This document shows, in pieces, positions 34,137 to 45,413 of a stretch of DNA of 64,000 nt. The notes under the pieces are model-generated. The model was not told the DNA's origin and searched no databases. It saw nothing but the letters and a program-made list of their open reading frames with translations. The stretch is from Novosphingobium sp. (GTDB taxonomy: Bacteria > Pseudomonadota > Alphaproteobacteria > Sphingomonadales > Sphingomonadaceae). The stretch covers positions 846-64,845 of the forward strand of contig JBOHIC010000053.1 of NCBI GenBank assembly GCA_050725835.1, written 5' to 3'. Both the position numbers and the translations under genes were made by a program. Numbering within the stretch: position 1 is the first letter of the stretch; the number at the start of each line of letters is the position of its first letter.

Positions 34137-34188
34137 CGCAGTGCCTTTCCGGTTGGCGCCGTTCGCGCCCGTGATCCCGATCCGCATC

Positions 34189-35229
34189 TCAGTTCCCCCC
34201 CACCGGTTCGGTGACCGTGGTCTTGCCGCGGGTGACGCGGACCACCGGACCCGAACGGACCACGGTGGTGGTCGTGCGCGCCCCGCCACCGGCGAGCTGG
34301 GCGCCGGCGGAAGCACCGGCCGAGCGCATGAACTCGCGGGCGAGGGCATCGCGCGAGGCGGGCATGGTCTTGCGCTGGAAGCGCGAGACGTCGCCGCCGG
34401 TGACGAAGGTTCCCATCGCGTCCTGCGGACGGTTCATCGCCTGGCTGAGGATCTTCTCTTCTTCGGCCTTCGACGCGCCGGCGGGGACCTTGACCGCGCC
34501 GCTGGCGAGCGCCTGCTCGAGTTCCGACTGGTTGTCGGCGAGGCTGCGCAGCGACAGGCTGATCGTGCCGATGGTCTGGGCGACGGCGATCTTCTCGCCG
34601 ATCCGCGGGGTCACTTCGAGGGTGACCGTCTTGGACGATTTCACCACGGTCTTGCCGTCGACGATTTCGGTTTCGGTCGACTGGTCGGTGGCGAGCACGC
34701 GCAGGTTGCGCAGGATCGTTTCCGACGCCTTGAGCGGCTGGTCTTCGGACGTCTTGACCGTCTGGGTCAGCACCAGGTCGACATGGTCGCCCGGGAACAC
34801 GAACCCGCCGACGCCGGTCTTCTGCGAAACCGGGATGGTGACCGCGCGCATGCCGGGGCCGAGCGCGGCGGCGAGGAAGCCGCGGTCGCCTGGGCTGACC
34901 AGGGCGCCCTGGGTGACCGGCTGGCCGGCGGTGATCGGATAGCGCACCACCGTGCCGAGCAGCTTCTGCATGTCGGCTTCGCCATCGAGGAAATAGGCGT
35001 CCTGCACCATTTCCTTGGGCCAGGCGGTGAACGAGATCGAATCCGCGGTGATGATGGTGCCGACCGGGAGCGCGCGCTGGGCGACCAGCACCTTGGGTCC
35101 CTTGGGCGCCTGTTGCGCGGCCTCGGCTTGCGGGGCGCTGGCCCCGGCAAACAGGCTGCGTGCGGCCATGGCCGTGCCGATCGCCACGACCAGCGCGCCG
35201 AGCAGCAACATCAGCTTCTTCCTATCCAT
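34189..35229 (-). CDS. cpaB: Flp pilus assembly protein CpaB (SAF domain)
   Basis: VLVAQRALPVG, GMRAVTIPV, GFVFPGDHVDL, LRNLRVLATDQ, VTLEVTP. Confidence 0.93.
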   Translation of the reverse strand: MDRKKLMLLLGALVVAIGTAMAARSLFAGASAPQAEAAQQAPKGPKVLVAQRALPVGTIITADSISFTAWPKEMVQDAYFLDGEADMQKLLGTVVRYPITAGQPVTQGALVSPGDRGFLAAALGPGMRAVTIPVSQKTGVGGFVFPGDHVDLVLTQTVKTSEDQPLKASETILRNLRVLATDQSTETEIVDGKTVVKSSKTVTLEVTPRIGEKIAVAQTIGTISLSLRSLADNQSELEQALASGAVKVPAGASKAEEEKILSQAMNRPQDAMGTFVTGGDVSRFQRKTMPASRDALAREFMRSAGASAGAQLAGGGARTTTTVVRSGPVVRVTRGKTTVTEPVGGN

Positions 35230-35289
35230 GGCTTTGCTAGCCCCCTCGATAAATCCCGAAGTCCAGTCTCACGACATCGGGCAAACTGG

Positions 35290-35304
35290 TTAAAATCAGG
35301 TTCA
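35290..35304 (-). promoter_or_regulatory. CtrA-like box upstream of cpaB
   Basis: Minus strand TGAA-N7-TTAAC, one mismatch to TTAA-N7-TTAAC, about 60 bp upstream of the cpaB ATG. Confidence 0.55.
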
Positions 35305-35805
35305 CCCCACTCCGGCGCCCGATGCCGGAAGCGACTGGAAAGCGGGGAGGTAGTTGCTGGCGAGCACCCACAGGCCCGCGCTGGAGATCGCGACGCCATA
35401 AGGAATGGCGACTTTGTCGCGCTGGCGGCGGGCGATGTGCCAAGCGCCAAAGACGATGGTGAGCACGCCGCCGATCAGCGCCATCATCACCAAAAGCTTG
35501 AGAAACCAAAGCGGTGCGATCCACAGCGCGAGCGCGCTCAGCAGCTTGACGTCACCGCCGCCCATCGCGCCGAGCGCGAACAGGCCGGCGAGCACCGCGA
35601 AGGTGGCGAAGGCGAGCCCGAGCTGCCAGGCGACATCGGGCCACAGCGCCAGCCCGCTGCTCCACCAGAACAGCGGCGCGCCGAGCGCGATCGCGGCGTT
35701 GAGCCAGTTGTCGATGCGGCGGGCGCGCAGGTCGGTAAACGCGGCGATCAGCAGCGCGATTGCCAAGCCCACCACCAAAACGTAGGAGAAACCGCCGCCC
35801 TGCAT
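35302..35805 (-). CDS. cpaA: Prepilin peptidase CpaA/TadV (A24 family)
   Basis: AAFTDLRARRIDN, MGGGDVKL, IPYGVAIS. Confidence 0.92.
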   Translation of the reverse strand: MQGGGFSYVLVVGLAIALLIAAFTDLRARRIDNWLNAAIALGAPLFWWSSGLALWPDVAWQLGLAFATFAVLAGLFALGAMGGGDVKLLSALALWIAPLWFLKLLVMMALIGGVLTIVFGAWHIARRQRDKVAIPYGVAISSAGLWVLASNYLPAFQSLPASGAGVG

Positions 35806-35890
35806 GAAATGCCCCCTGGTCCAGGAAGCACTCCTAACCGGCAGGACTTACCAAAAAGTAACCACCCCCAAGAAGCCGGAATTAGCCAAG

Positions 35891-36862
35891 GTGACACTCC
35901 CCCGCGACGCATCCCAGCCGCACTTCGACCGGCGTTCCATTCCCGCGGGCGCGCGCGAGGGGGTCTGGCGCGCGGCCGACGGTCACGCCATCCGCCGCAT
36001 CGACTGGCCGGCCCCCGAGGGGCCGCCGCGCGGTTCGGTGCTGTTCTTCGGCGGGCGCGGCGATGCCTATGAGAAATATCTCGAAACCTTCGAACATTGG
36101 CGCGGGCAAGGGTGGCAGGTGACCGCCGCCGACTGGCGCGGGCAGGCGGGCTCGGGCCGGCTCGGGCTCGACGACCGGACCGGACATATCGACGACTTTT
36201 CGACCTGGGTGGCCGATCTCGCGGCGCTGTGGCGCGATTGGAAGGCCGAAACCCCCGGCCCACACGTGCTCGCCGGGCATTCGATGGGCGGGCACCTGGT
36301 GCTGCGCGCGCTGGCAGAAGGCAAAGTCGATCCCGTCGCGGCGGTGCTCTCCGCGCCGATGCTTGGGTTCCTCCCCGATCGCGTCCCGCTCGGCCTGTTG
36401 CAAGCCGCCGCGAAGCTGATGTGCAAGATCGGAGATCGTCGCCGGCTCGCCTGGAAATGGAGCGAAAAGCCCGGCCAGCTGCCCGAGGGACGGATCGCCC
36501 TGCTCACCCACGACGAAGCGCGCTACGCCGACGAAGTCTGGTGGCGCGAGGCTCGGCCCGCGCTGGCGATGGGACCGGGGAGCTGGGGCTGGGTCGAGCG
36601 CGCCTACGCCTCGATGCGGCTGCTGGCGCGTCCGGGAGCGCTCGAGCGGATCGCGACCCCGGTGTTCATCGTCGCCACCACCGCCGACCGGCTGGTCGCC
36701 TACGGCGCGATAGCGCGCGCTGCAAAGCGCCTGCCGAACGCCGAGTTGCTCACTCTCGGCGATGAGGCTCGGCACGAGGTGCTGCGCGAGGCCGACGCGG
36801 TGCGCAATCGCGTGCTTGGCGCAATCGACGCGTTTCTCGACCGCGCCGCGCCGGCGCAGTGA
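35891..36862 (+). CDS. Alpha/beta hydrolase (lysophospholipase PldB-like)
   Basis: DWRGQAGSGR, GHSMGG nucleophile elbow, ARHEVLRE; GTG start inferred. Confidence 0.88.
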   Translation: MTLPRDASQPHFDRRSIPAGAREGVWRAADGHAIRRIDWPAPEGPPRGSVLFFGGRGDAYEKYLETFEHWRGQGWQVTAADWRGQAGSGRLGLDDRTGHIDDFSTWVADLAALWRDWKAETPGPHVLAGHSMGGHLVLRALAEGKVDPVAAVLSAPMLGFLPDRVPLGLLQAAAKLMCKIGDRRRLAWKWSEKPGQLPEGRIALLTHDEARYADEVWWREARPALAMGPGSWGWVERAYASMRLLARPGALERIATPVFIVATTADRLVAYGAIARAAKRLPNAELLTLGDEARHEVLREADAVRNRVLGAIDAFLDRAAPAQ

Positions 36863-37944
36863 CGCTCGACTGCGATATCGCGATTGTCGGCGCAGGCATC
36901 GCCGGCGCATCGCTCGCCGCGCATCTGGCCGGACGCGCGCGGGTCGTGATGCTCGAAGGAGAGGTGCGGCCAGGCTACCATTCGACCGGCCGCTCGGCGG
37001 CATTCTGGTCGGAAAGCTACGGCGGCTCGGCAATCCAGCCGCTCACCACCGCTTCGGGTCCGTTCCTGCGCGACAATGGCTTCCTCGGGCCGCGGGGCGG
37101 GCTGACGATCGCCCGCGCCGGGGAGGAGGCGGAGCTCGAAGCTTTCGCCGCGACCTTCACCGCCGCGGGGGTGCGGGTCGAACTGCTCGACCGACCCGGA
37201 TTGACCGAGCGAATCCCCGGGCTGCGCGGCGAATGGACGCAAGGCGCGCTCGAGCCCGAGTGCAGCGACATCGACGTCGCGGGGCTGCATCAGCGGTTCA
37301 TCGGCGACGCCACCCGCGGGGGGGTGGAGCTGCTGTGCAACGCCCACCTCGAAAACGCGGAGTTCGACGGGACCGCCTGGCGGCTGGCGCTGCGCGACGG
37401 GCGCGCGCTGCGTTGCGGGGTGGTGGTCAATGCCGCGGGCGCCTGGGCGGATGAAGTCGCCGGGCGCTGCGGCGCGGTGCCGCTCGGCATCCAACCGTTC
37501 CGCCGCACCGTCGTCCAGCTGCGCACCGCACCCGCCGCCGCGGCTAACCTGCCGCTGGTTATCGACCTCCACGAGCAGTTTTACTTCAAGCCCGAAGCGG
37601 GACGCTTGTGGCTCAGCCCGCACGACGAGACCCCCACCGATCCCTGCGACGCGGCCCCGGAAGAACTCGACATCGCCATCGCCATCGACCGCTTCGAGAA
37701 AGTGGTCGACTGGCCGGTCGAACGGGTCGAGCACAAGTGGGCCGGGCTGCGCTCGTTCGCGCCCGATCGACTCCCGGTTTACGGCTTCGATCCGGCGCAT
37801 CCCGGGTTCTTCTGGTGCGCCGGGCAGGGCGGCTTCGGCATCCAGACCGCGCCCGCCGCGGCCGATCTCGCCGCGCGGGTCCTGCTCGGTGAAGCGCCCG
37901 GGGCGGTCGATCCGGCGCCGTTCTCGCCGGCGCGCTTTCGCTAG
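36859..37944 (+). CDS. FAD-dependent oxidoreductase (DAO family)
   Basis: [50 protein letters not shown]. Confidence 0.9.
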   Translation: MTLDCDIAIVGAGIAGASLAAHLAGRARVVMLEGEVRPGYHSTGRSAAFWSESYGGSAIQPLTTASGPFLRDNGFLGPRGGLTIARAGEEAELEAFAATFTAAGVRVELLDRPGLTERIPGLRGEWTQGALEPECSDIDVAGLHQRFIGDATRGGVELLCNAHLENAEFDGTAWRLALRDGRALRCGVVVNAAGAWADEVAGRCGAVPLGIQPFRRTVVQLRTAPAAAANLPLVIDLHEQFYFKPEAGRLWLSPHDETPTDPCDAAPEELDIAIAIDRFEKVVDWPVERVEHKWAGLRSFAPDRLPVYGFDPAHPGFFWCAGQGGFGIQTAPAAADLAARVLLGEAPGAVDPAPFSPARFR

Positions 37945-38372
37945 CCCGCCAAAGCCGCGTCGCTCGCGAGCCGGTCGGCGCGTTCGTTTTCGGGGTGGCC
38001 GTCGTGGCCCTTGACCCAGATCCATTCGACCCGGTGCGGGCGCACCGCGGCGATCAGCTCCTGCCACAGGTCGGCGTTGAGCACCGGCTTCTTCGCGGCT
38101 GTCTTCCACCCGTTGCGCTGCCAGGCGAAGCACCACTTGGTGATCCCGTCGATCATGTAGCGGCTGTCGGTGTGGAGTTTGACCCGGCACGGCTCCTTGA
38201 GCGCTCCGAGCGCGCGGATCGCCGCGGTCAGCTCCATGCGGTTGTTTGTGGTAGCCGGATCATAACCGGCGAGTTCCTTCTCGCGGCTGCCCATGCGCAG
38301 CACCACGCCCCAGCCGCCGGGGCCGGGGTTGCCCTTGCAGGCCCCGTCGGTGAACGCCTCGACCAGCTTCAT
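37941..38372 (-). CDS. rnhA: Ribonuclease HI
   Basis: [39 protein letters not shown]. Confidence 0.96.
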   Translation of the reverse strand: MKLVEAFTDGACKGNPGPGGWGVVLRMGSREKELAGYDPATTNNRMELTAAIRALGALKEPCRVKLHTDSRYMIDGITKWCFAWQRNGWKTAAKKPVLNADLWQELIAAVRPHRVEWIWVKGHDGHPENERADRLASDAALAG

Positions 38373-39352
38373 GGCGCGGCGAAGACTCCGGCGTTGGCGG
38401 GGTCGGCATAGAATTCGAGCCGCCGCGCGAAAGCCAGCGGATCCTTGCGGGTGACCAGCGCGTCCGCAGGGGTGTTGAGCCAATCGTAGGCCCGGCTGAG
38501 CAGGAACCGCAGCGATGCGCCGCGAGCGAGCAGCGGCAGCGCCGCGCGCTCGGCGTCGCTCAGCGGGCGCTCGGCCTCGTAGCCTTCGAGCAAGGCCCGC
38601 GACAGCGCCGGATCGAAGCGTCGCCCGGCGGCGCCGAAACACCATGCGGCATGGGTCACCGCGACATCGTAGGCGGTCAGGTCGGTGCAGGCGAAATAGA
38701 AGTCGATCAGCCCGCAAACCCGATCTCCCAGCATCAGCACGTTGTCGGGAAACAGGTCGGCGTGGATCACCGAGCACGGCAGGTCGGTCGGCCAGTGGGC
38801 CGCCACTTCGGCGAGTTCGGTCGCAACCAGTCCGGGCAGCGCCGGGTCGATCGTCGCCAGCCGCTCGGCCCCGCTGGTTTCGGCAAGCCGGGTCCATTCG
38901 GCCGGTCCCATCGCGTTCGCCCGAACCGGTCCGAAGTCCGCCGCGGCGCGGTGGGTCTGCGCCAGCGCGCGGCCGACAGCGGCCGCTTGCGCCGCAGTCG
39001 GCAGGCTCACCGAAACACCCGGCAGGAACTCGATCAGCGCCACCGCCTTGCCCTCGATCGTGCGGAACGCTGCGCCCGAGCGGTCGTGGATCGTGCGCGG
39101 CACCGGGCAACCGCGCGCGGCGAGATGATCGAGCAAGCCGAGGAAGAACGGCAGGTCCGCCGCGTCGATGCGGTATTCGTACATCGTCAGGATGAAGCGC
39201 GTCCCGCGTCCATCGGCGCCGGTGGTTTCGACCAGCCAGTTGCTGTTGGAGACGCCCTCGGCGATGCCTTTGACCGAACGGAGTTCGCCGACGTCGAATT
39301 CGGCGATCAGCGCGCCGAGCGTCTCCGCCCCGAGCTGGGTGTAAACCGCCAC
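38369..39352 (-). CDS. thrB: Homoserine kinase (type II, APH fold)
   Basis: VAVYT..., [42 protein letters not shown] start overlapping the ispH stop. Confidence 0.92.
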   Translation of the reverse strand: MAVYTQLGAETLGALIAEFDVGELRSVKGIAEGVSNSNWLVETTGADGRGTRFILTMYEYRIDAADLPFFLGLLDHLAARGCPVPRTIHDRSGAAFRTIEGKAVALIEFLPGVSVSLPTAAQAAAVGRALAQTHRAAADFGPVRANAMGPAEWTRLAETSGAERLATIDPALPGLVATELAEVAAHWPTDLPCSVIHADLFPDNVLMLGDRVCGLIDFYFACTDLTAYDVAVTHAAWCFGAAGRRFDPALSRALLEGYEAERPLSDAERAALPLLARGASLRFLLSRAYDWLNTPADALVTRKDPLAFARRLEFYADPANAGVFAAP

Positions 39353-40314
39353 TAGTCGACCAGCTGGCGCGGCAGCTTGAACACCATGTTTTCCTGCGCG
39401 GTGACGAATTCCTCGACGCTCACCGCGCGCAATTCCCCGAGCCGTGCGATCACTTCGCTGACGAGCTGCTCGGGCGCGGAAGCGCCGGCGGTCAAACCGA
39501 GCACGGCGATCCCGTCGAGCCAGCGCGGGTCGATGTCGTTGGCGCGCTGGATAAGCTGGGCGCACGCTCCGGAACGCTGCGCAACCTCGACCAGCCGGAC
39601 CGAATTCGAGCTGTTCGGCGCGCCGATCACCAGCACCAGCTCGCACTGCGCGGCGATTTCCTTGACCGCGGCCTGGCGGTTCGAGGTGGCGTAGCAGATG
39701 TCCTCTGCCTTGGGGCCGACGATCCCCGGATGGCGTTCCCTGAGCGCGGCTACGATTTCGCGCGTGTCGTCGACCGACAGCGTGGTCTGGGTGAGGAACG
39801 CTAGCGGCGCATCGGCGGGAAAGTCCAGCGCGGCGACATCGGCCACGGTTTCGACCAGGGTGATCGCGCCCGCGGGCACCTGGCCCATCGTGCCGATAAC
39901 TTCGGGGTGGCCCTTGTGCCCGACGAAAACTATGTGCCGCCCGGCCTCGATCTGGCGCTCGGCCTGGCGGTGGACCTTGCTCACCAGCGGGCAGGTTGCG
40001 TCGAGCCAGTCGAGCCCGCGGGCGTCGGCATCGGCCGGGACCGATTTGGGCACCCCGTGCGCGCTGAACACCACCTGGGCGCCATCGGGCACTTGGTCGA
40101 GTTCCTCGACGAACACCGCGCCTTTGGCCTTGAGGCTATCGACTACGAAACGGTTGTGAACGATCTCGTGGCGCACGTAGATCGGCTGGCCGAAACGCTC
40201 GAGCGCACGCTCGACGATCTCGATCGCGCGGTCGACCCCGGCGCAAAACCCTCGCGGCGCGGCGATCAGAACGCGCAGCGGCGGTTTGTCCGGGGGCGGA
40301 AAGGGGGCGTTCAT
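39352..40314 (-). CDS. ispH: 4-hydroxy-3-methylbut-2-enyl diphosphate reductase
   Basis: [37 protein letters not shown]. Confidence 0.97.
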   Translation of the reverse strand: MNAPFPPPDKPPLRVLIAAPRGFCAGVDRAIEIVERALERFGQPIYVRHEIVHNRFVVDSLKAKGAVFVEELDQVPDGAQVVFSAHGVPKSVPADADARGLDWLDATCPLVSKVHRQAERQIEAGRHIVFVGHKGHPEVIGTMGQVPAGAITLVETVADVAALDFPADAPLAFLTQTTLSVDDTREIVAALRERHPGIVGPKAEDICYATSNRQAAVKEIAAQCELVLVIGAPNSSNSVRLVEVAQRSGACAQLIQRANDIDPRWLDGIAVLGLTAGASAPEQLVSEVIARLGELRAVSVEEFVTAQENMVFKLPRQLVD

Positions 40315-40387
40315 CTCGGCCCCCCTAGCGCTTCGTTGCGTGCGCCGCTAGGGACGCCAGCATACGACTTTCCGAGGGATTTTTCGA

Positions 40388-41038
40388 ATGACCGCCACCC
40401 GCCGCCTGCTGTCCGCCTCGCTGATTGCCCTGGCCCTGGCCGGATGTCGCGGGACCGGCGATCTCGTGGTCGACGAGAGCGTTGGGATCACCGCGGTGCG
40501 CGGGGCTTGCCCGGCGGTGGGGATCCCCGACTATACCGGTGACGTCACCCTGTTCAGCACCCCCGGGAGCACCGATTCGCGCGCAATCGACGTGGTCGCG
40601 AACATGACCAACCTGCGCAACACCTGCGCCGAGAACACCGACAAGGTCTATGCCGGCGTCAGCTTCGACGTCCAGGCGCAGCGCTACGACACCCGCGGCG
40701 CGCGGCAGGTCCAGCTGCCCTACTTCGTCACCGTGCTGCGCGGCGGCACCGCGGTGATCGCCAAGCGCATCGGCACGGTCACGCTCAACTTCGCCGATGG
40801 CCAGGGCCGCGCCCAGGCGAGCGCCCAGGGCGGCGCCTTCGTCGACCGCGCCGAGGCGACGCTCCCCGCCGACATCCGCGAGCGGATCACCCGCAAACGC
40901 AAGGCCGGTGATCCCGACGCCGCGCTCGACCCGCTCGCCGATCCCGAGGTCAAGGCCGCCGTCGCCCGCGCGACCTTCGAGGTGCTGGTCGGCTTCCAGC
41001 TCGACCAGGCGCAGATCGCCTACAACGCGACGCGGTAG
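40388..41038 (+). CDS. Conserved hypothetical lipoprotein
   Basis: Lipobox LAGC, host-like codon usage, divergent from ispH. Confidence 0.75.
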   Translation: MTATRRLLSASLIALALAGCRGTGDLVVDESVGITAVRGACPAVGIPDYTGDVTLFSTPGSTDSRAIDVVANMTNLRNTCAENTDKVYAGVSFDVQAQRYDTRGARQVQLPYFVTVLRGGTAVIAKRIGTVTLNFADGQGRAQASAQGGAFVDRAEATLPADIRERITRKRKAGDPDAALDPLADPEVKAAVARATFEVLVGFQLDQAQIAYNATR

Positions 41039-41071
41039 GCAAGGCTGCGCAAAGTCGCTAACGGCGCGGCC

Positions 41072-42817
41072 ATGCCTGCGCCCGCCACTCTTCACGCCGC
41101 CTTTGCCGGCCACATTTCCGCCGCGCTCGATGCGCTTGTCGCCGCGGGCACGCTGCCCGCGGGGCTCGACCGGAGCAACGTCACAGCCGAGCCGCCGCGC
41201 GATCCGGCGCACGGCGATCTCTCGACCAACGCGGCGATGGTGCTGGCCAAGCCCGCGGGGATGAACCCGCGCGCGCTGGCCGAGGCACTGGTCGGCGAGC
41301 TGGGCAAGGTTCCGGCGGTGACTTCTGCCGAAATTGCCGGGCCGGGCTTCATCAACCTGCGCATCGCCGACGCCGCATGGCTCGAGGAACTGCGTGCGGT
41401 CGCGGCGCTCGGGGCGGACTATGGGCGTTCGGCAGTCGGCAGTGGCAGCACGGTCAACGTCGAATACGTCTCCGCCAACCCGACCGGGCCGATGCATATG
41501 GGGCACTGCCGCGGCGCGGTGGTCGGCGATGCGCTCGCTTCGCTGCTCGAATTCGCCGGGCACAAGGTGATCCGCGAATACTACGTCAACGACGCCGGCG
41601 GGCAGGTCGACGTCCTCGCCCGCTCGGCACACTGGCGCTATCTCGAGGCGCTCGGCGAGGCTGCCGGCGAGGTGCCGGAAGGACTCTATCCGGGCGACTA
41701 TCTGGCGCCGATCGGGCAAGCGCTCGCCGACGAGGCTGGCGACAGCTATGTCGCGGCCCCCGAAAGCGAGTGGCTCGCCGTGTTCCGCCACCGCGCGGTC
41801 GCGGCGATGCTCGAGATGATCAAGGCCGACCTCGCCCTGCTCGGCATTCACCACGACCTGTTCTCATCAGAGGCCGAACTCCAGGCAGCGGGCAAGCCCG
41901 CGCAGGCCGAAGCCTGGCTGCGCGCGCGCGACCTGGTCTACGACGGTGTCCTCGAAGCGCCCAAGGGCAAGACCGTCGACGACTGGGAGCCGGTCGAACT
42001 GCCGCTGTTCCGCTCGACCCGCTACGGCGACGATCAGGACCGCCCGATCAAGAAGAGCGACGGCAGCTGGACCTATTTCGGCGCCGACCTCGCCTATCAC
42101 TTCCAGAAGGCCGCCAGCGCCGACGCGCTGGTCGATATCTGGGGCGCGGACCACGCCGGCACGGTCAAGCGGATCAAGGCCGCGGTTGCGGCGATGACCG
42201 AGGGCGCCGGCAAGAAAAAGCCGTTCGAGATCAAGCTGGTGCAGATGGTCCAGCTGCTCCGCGACGGCGAGCCGGTGAAGATGTCGAAGCGCTCGGGCAA
42301 TTTCGTCACGCTCGCCGAGGTGGTGAGCGAAGTGGGCAAGGACGTGGTCCGCTTCACCATGCTCACCCGCAAGCCCGAGGCGCAGATGGACTTCGACTTC
42401 GCCAAAGTGGTCGAGGCCTCGAAGGACAACCCGGTGTTCTACGTCCAATACGCCCACGCGCGGATCCGCTCGACCCTCCGCAAGGGCGCGGCCGAGGGTC
42501 TTGCGCCGTCGCCGGACCATCTCGACCGGCTCGGCGCGGAAGAGCTGGCGCTGGTCAAGCTCGCCGCGCAGTTCCCGCGGCTGGTCGAAGCTGCCGCCGC
42601 GGCGCGCGAGCCGCACCGCGTGGCATTCTTCCTCGGCGACCTTGCCGCTGCGTTCCATGCTTTCTGGAATCTCGGCAACGACCGCCCGGACAAGCGCATC
42701 ATCGCGGCACAAGATGGTGAACTGACCTCCGCAAGGCTTTATCTCGCCGCGCAAATCGGGCAGCTTGTGAAGAACGGCCTGGCGCTGCTCGGCGTCGAGG
42801 CGGTCGAGGAGATGTGA
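41072..42817 (+). CDS. argS: Arginine--tRNA ligase
   Basis: [36 protein letters not shown]. Confidence 0.97.
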   Translation: MPAPATLHAAFAGHISAALDALVAAGTLPAGLDRSNVTAEPPRDPAHGDLSTNAAMVLAKPAGMNPRALAEALVGELGKVPAVTSAEIAGPGFINLRIADAAWLEELRAVAALGADYGRSAVGSGSTVNVEYVSANPTGPMHMGHCRGAVVGDALASLLEFAGHKVIREYYVNDAGGQVDVLARSAHWRYLEALGEAAGEVPEGLYPGDYLAPIGQALADEAGDSYVAAPESEWLAVFRHRAVAAMLEMIKADLALLGIHHDLFSSEAELQAAGKPAQAEAWLRARDLVYDGVLEAPKGKTVDDWEPVELPLFRSTRYGDDQDRPIKKSDGSWTYFGADLAYHFQKAASADALVDIWGADHAGTVKRIKAAVAAMTEGAGKKKPFEIKLVQMVQLLRDGEPVKMSKRSGNFVTLAEVVSEVGKDVVRFTMLTRKPEAQMDFDFAKVVEASKDNPVFYVQYAHARIRSTLRKGAAEGLAPSPDHLDRLGAEELALVKLAAQFPRLVEAAAAAREPHRVAFFLGDLAAAFHAFWNLGNDRPDKRIIAAQDGELTSARLYLAAQIGQLVKNGLALLGVEAVEEM

Positions 42818-42819
42818 TC

Positions 42820-43503
42820 ATGGCCGGGGGCGACGACGACGACCGCATCGAGGGCGAGGAATTCGCGCCCGGGGACGCTCCGCTCGACACCGAACGCCTC
42901 GCGCTCGACGACGAGGAGCGGCTGCCCTGGCTCGAATCCGCCGACGACGACTATGACGGCGGCGAGGGCGGCGGGACCGGGCGGCTGATTGCGCTGGCCG
43001 CGGCCGGGCTGGTGGTGCTCGCGGTGCTGGTCTGGGTGATCTGGTGGGCGAGCCGCGGCGAAACCGACCCCGCGCTGGTCGCCGACGGGAGCACCATCGA
43101 AGCGCCCAAGACGCCGTACAAGGAAGCGCCCAAGGACCCCGGCGGGCGCAAGATGGCGGGGACCGGCGATACCAGTTTCGCCGTCTCCGAAGGCCAGACC
43201 CGCCCGGCGCGGCTGGGTGACGGCGCGCCCGCGCCAGCGGCCGATGCCGACGGCAAGGCCCCCGCCGCGGGCTCGGTCGGGGTCCAGGTCGGGGCCTATT
43301 CGTCGCAGGCCGGGGCCGAAGCGGCCTGGGCCAAGATGGTCCAGCAGCACTCGGCGCTTTCTGGCGTCGGCCACCGCGCGGTCCAGGGCCAGGCCGATAT
43401 CGGCACCGTGTGGCGGCTCCAGGCGCTCGCGTCCGATTCAGCGGCGGCGAACGCGTTGTGCGCCAAGCTCAAGGCGGGCGGGCTGTCCTGCCAGGTGAAG
43501 TGA
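42820..43503 (+). CDS. SPOR-domain membrane protein (FtsN-like position)
   Basis: Acidic N-terminus with RLPWLE, one TM helix, C-terminal VQVGAY...A..LC..LKAGGLSC SPOR domain; conserved argS-SPOR-nagZ order. Confidence 0.8.
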   Translation: MAGGDDDDRIEGEEFAPGDAPLDTERLALDDEERLPWLESADDDYDGGEGGGTGRLIALAAAGLVVLAVLVWVIWWASRGETDPALVADGSTIEAPKTPYKEAPKDPGGRKMAGTGDTSFAVSEGQTRPARLGDGAPAPAADADGKAPAAGSVGVQVGAYSSQAGAEAAWAKMVQQHSALSGVGHRAVQGQADIGTVWRLQALASDSAAANALCAKLKAGGLSCQVK

Positions 43504-43572
43504 CCCGCTAATCCACACTTCAGGCCGCGCACTCGCTTGCGTGAGGCCCGGAAAACTGCGACTCTCGCGGCC

Positions 43573-44592
43573 ATGACTCCGGCGATCTTCGGCCTTTCGG
43601 GAACGGCGCTGACTGCCGACGAGCGTGCGTTTTTCGCCGACACCGATCCGGCGGGCTACATCGTGTTCGGGCGCAACGTCGAAAGCCGCGAGCAGCTGCG
43701 CGCGCTGACCGACGACCTGCGTTCGATCCACGGCCGCGACAAGCTGCTGATCACCGTCGATCAGGAGGGCGGACGAGTTGCCCGGCTCAAGCCGCCGGTG
43801 TGGCCGGCCTGGCCTGCCGGAGCGGCGTTCGACCGGCTTTATGACCTCGCCCCGGCCAGCGCGATCGAGGCGGCGCGCGCCAACGCCGAGGCGCTCGGCC
43901 ACGACCTCGCCGAGGTCGGGATCACCTGCACCCATGCCCCGGTGCTCGACGTGCGCCAGGCGGGCGCGCACGACGTGATCGGCGACCGCGCCTATGGCTA
44001 CGAACCGCTGCGGGTGGCGGCGATCGGCCGCGCGGTGCTCGATGGGCTGTCGCGCGCAGGGGTGGTCGGGACGATCAAGCACATGCCCGGCCACGGCCGC
44101 ACCAGCACCGATACCCACAAGGAACTGCCCACCGTAACCGCCAGCGAAGCGGAACTGGAGAGCGACATTGCGCCGTTCCGCGCGCTCGCCGATGCGCCAA
44201 TGGCGATGACCGGGCACCTGCTGTTCACCGCCTGGGACGCCGAGCGGCCGGCGACGCAATCGCCGTTCATCGTCGCCGAGATTATCCGCAAGCGGATCGG
44301 GTTCGGCGGGCTATTGCTGACCGACGATCTCGACATGGAAGCTCTGTCGGGAACGGTTCCCGAGCGCGCCGAGCGGGCGGTGGCGGCGGGCTGCGACATC
44401 GCGCTCAACTGCTGGGGCAAGATGGCCGACATGGTCGGCATTTGCGAACGCCTGCCGGCGATGAACTCCGGAACCGCGGCGCGGCTCGAGCGGGCGCTCG
44501 CGGTGACCCGGCTCGACGGCGCCCGCGGCTACCAGGCCGAACTGATCGCCAAGCGCGATGCGCTGCTCGGGCTGGTCGGAGCGCGGGCATGA
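43573..44592 (+). CDS. nagZ: Beta-N-acetylhexosaminidase (GH3)
   Basis: VDQEGGRVARL, KHMPGHG, LTDDLDMEAL. Confidence 0.93.
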   Translation: MTPAIFGLSGTALTADERAFFADTDPAGYIVFGRNVESREQLRALTDDLRSIHGRDKLLITVDQEGGRVARLKPPVWPAWPAGAAFDRLYDLAPASAIEAARANAEALGHDLAEVGITCTHAPVLDVRQAGAHDVIGDRAYGYEPLRVAAIGRAVLDGLSRAGVVGTIKHMPGHGRTSTDTHKELPTVTASEAELESDIAPFRALADAPMAMTGHLLFTAWDAERPATQSPFIVAEIIRKRIGFGGLLLTDDLDMEALSGTVPERAERAVAAGCDIALNCWGKMADMVGICERLPAMNSGTAARLERALAVTRLDGARGYQAELIAKRDALLGLVGARA

Positions 44593-45413
44593 TCCTTCGA
44601 CCGGCTCAGGACAATCGGAAAACCCTGTTCGGCCCCGCGCTCGACGCGCCGATGGAAGATTGGGACGGCCCTGCCACTGCCGCGACCGACGACGCCGCGC
44701 TCTACCTCGAGCTCGACGGATGGGAAGGGCCGCTCGATCTGCTGCTCGATCTCGCGCGGCGGCAGAAGGTCGATCTGCGGACAATTTCAATCCTATCGCT
44801 GGTCGATCAATACCTTGATTACATCGAGCGGGCCGAGGCGCTGCGGCTCGAGCTGGCAGCCGATTACCTGGTGATGGCCGCCTGGCTGGCCTACCTCAAG
44901 TCGGCGCTGCTGCTCCCGCGCGAGGAGCAGGAAGACCCAAGCCCCGAGGAACTGGCGCTGCGGCTCCAGCTGCGGCTCCAGCGACTGGCGGCGATGCGCG
45001 AGGCGGCGGCGCGGCTGATGGGGCGCGACCGGCTCGGCCGCGACGTGTTCCGTCGCGGCGCGCCCGAGGGCCTTCGGGTCGACCGCAAGAACCACTGGCA
45101 GTGCGACTGGTTCGCGCTGGTTCACGCCTATGGCCAGGTCAAGGCGCGCACCGTGCCGGTGGTCCACATGGTCCGCGACCGGATGGTGATGACGCTCGAT
45201 TCGGCGCTGGCGCGGGTTGCGGCGATGCTCGGTGTGGCGCTCGACTGGATGCGGCTCGAGGACTTCCTGCCGCCGCACGCCGAACCGCGGCTGCGCCGCT
45301 CGGCGCTGGCCTCGAGCTTCGTCGCCACGCTCGAGCTGGCGCGGCTGGGCAAGGCCGAGATCGCGCAGGAAGAAATGTTCGGCGAACTGCGGGTGCGGGG
45401 GATCAGGGCATGA
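44589..45413 (+). CDS. scpA: Segregation and condensation protein A
   Basis: WEGPLDLLLDLARRQKVDL, AADYLVMAAWLAYLKS, ASSFVATLEL. Confidence 0.93.
   Translation: MILRPAQDNRKTLFGPALDAPMEDWDGPATAATDDAALYLELDGWEGPLDLLLDLARRQKVDLRTISILSLVDQYLDYIERAEALRLELAADYLVMAAWLAYLKSALLLPREEQEDPSPEELALRLQLRLQRLAAMREAAARLMGRDRLGRDVFRRGAPEGLRVDRKNHWQCDWFALVHAYGQVKARTVPVVHMVRDRMVMTLDSALARVAAMLGVALDWMRLEDFLPPHAEPRLRRSALASSFVATLELARLGKAEIAQEEMFGELRVRGIRA

Noticed and set aside
35847-35862. TTAC-N6-GTAA palindrome upstream of cpaA as a CtrA box
   Set aside because: Spacing is one base short of TTAA-N7-TTAA and both half-sites deviate.
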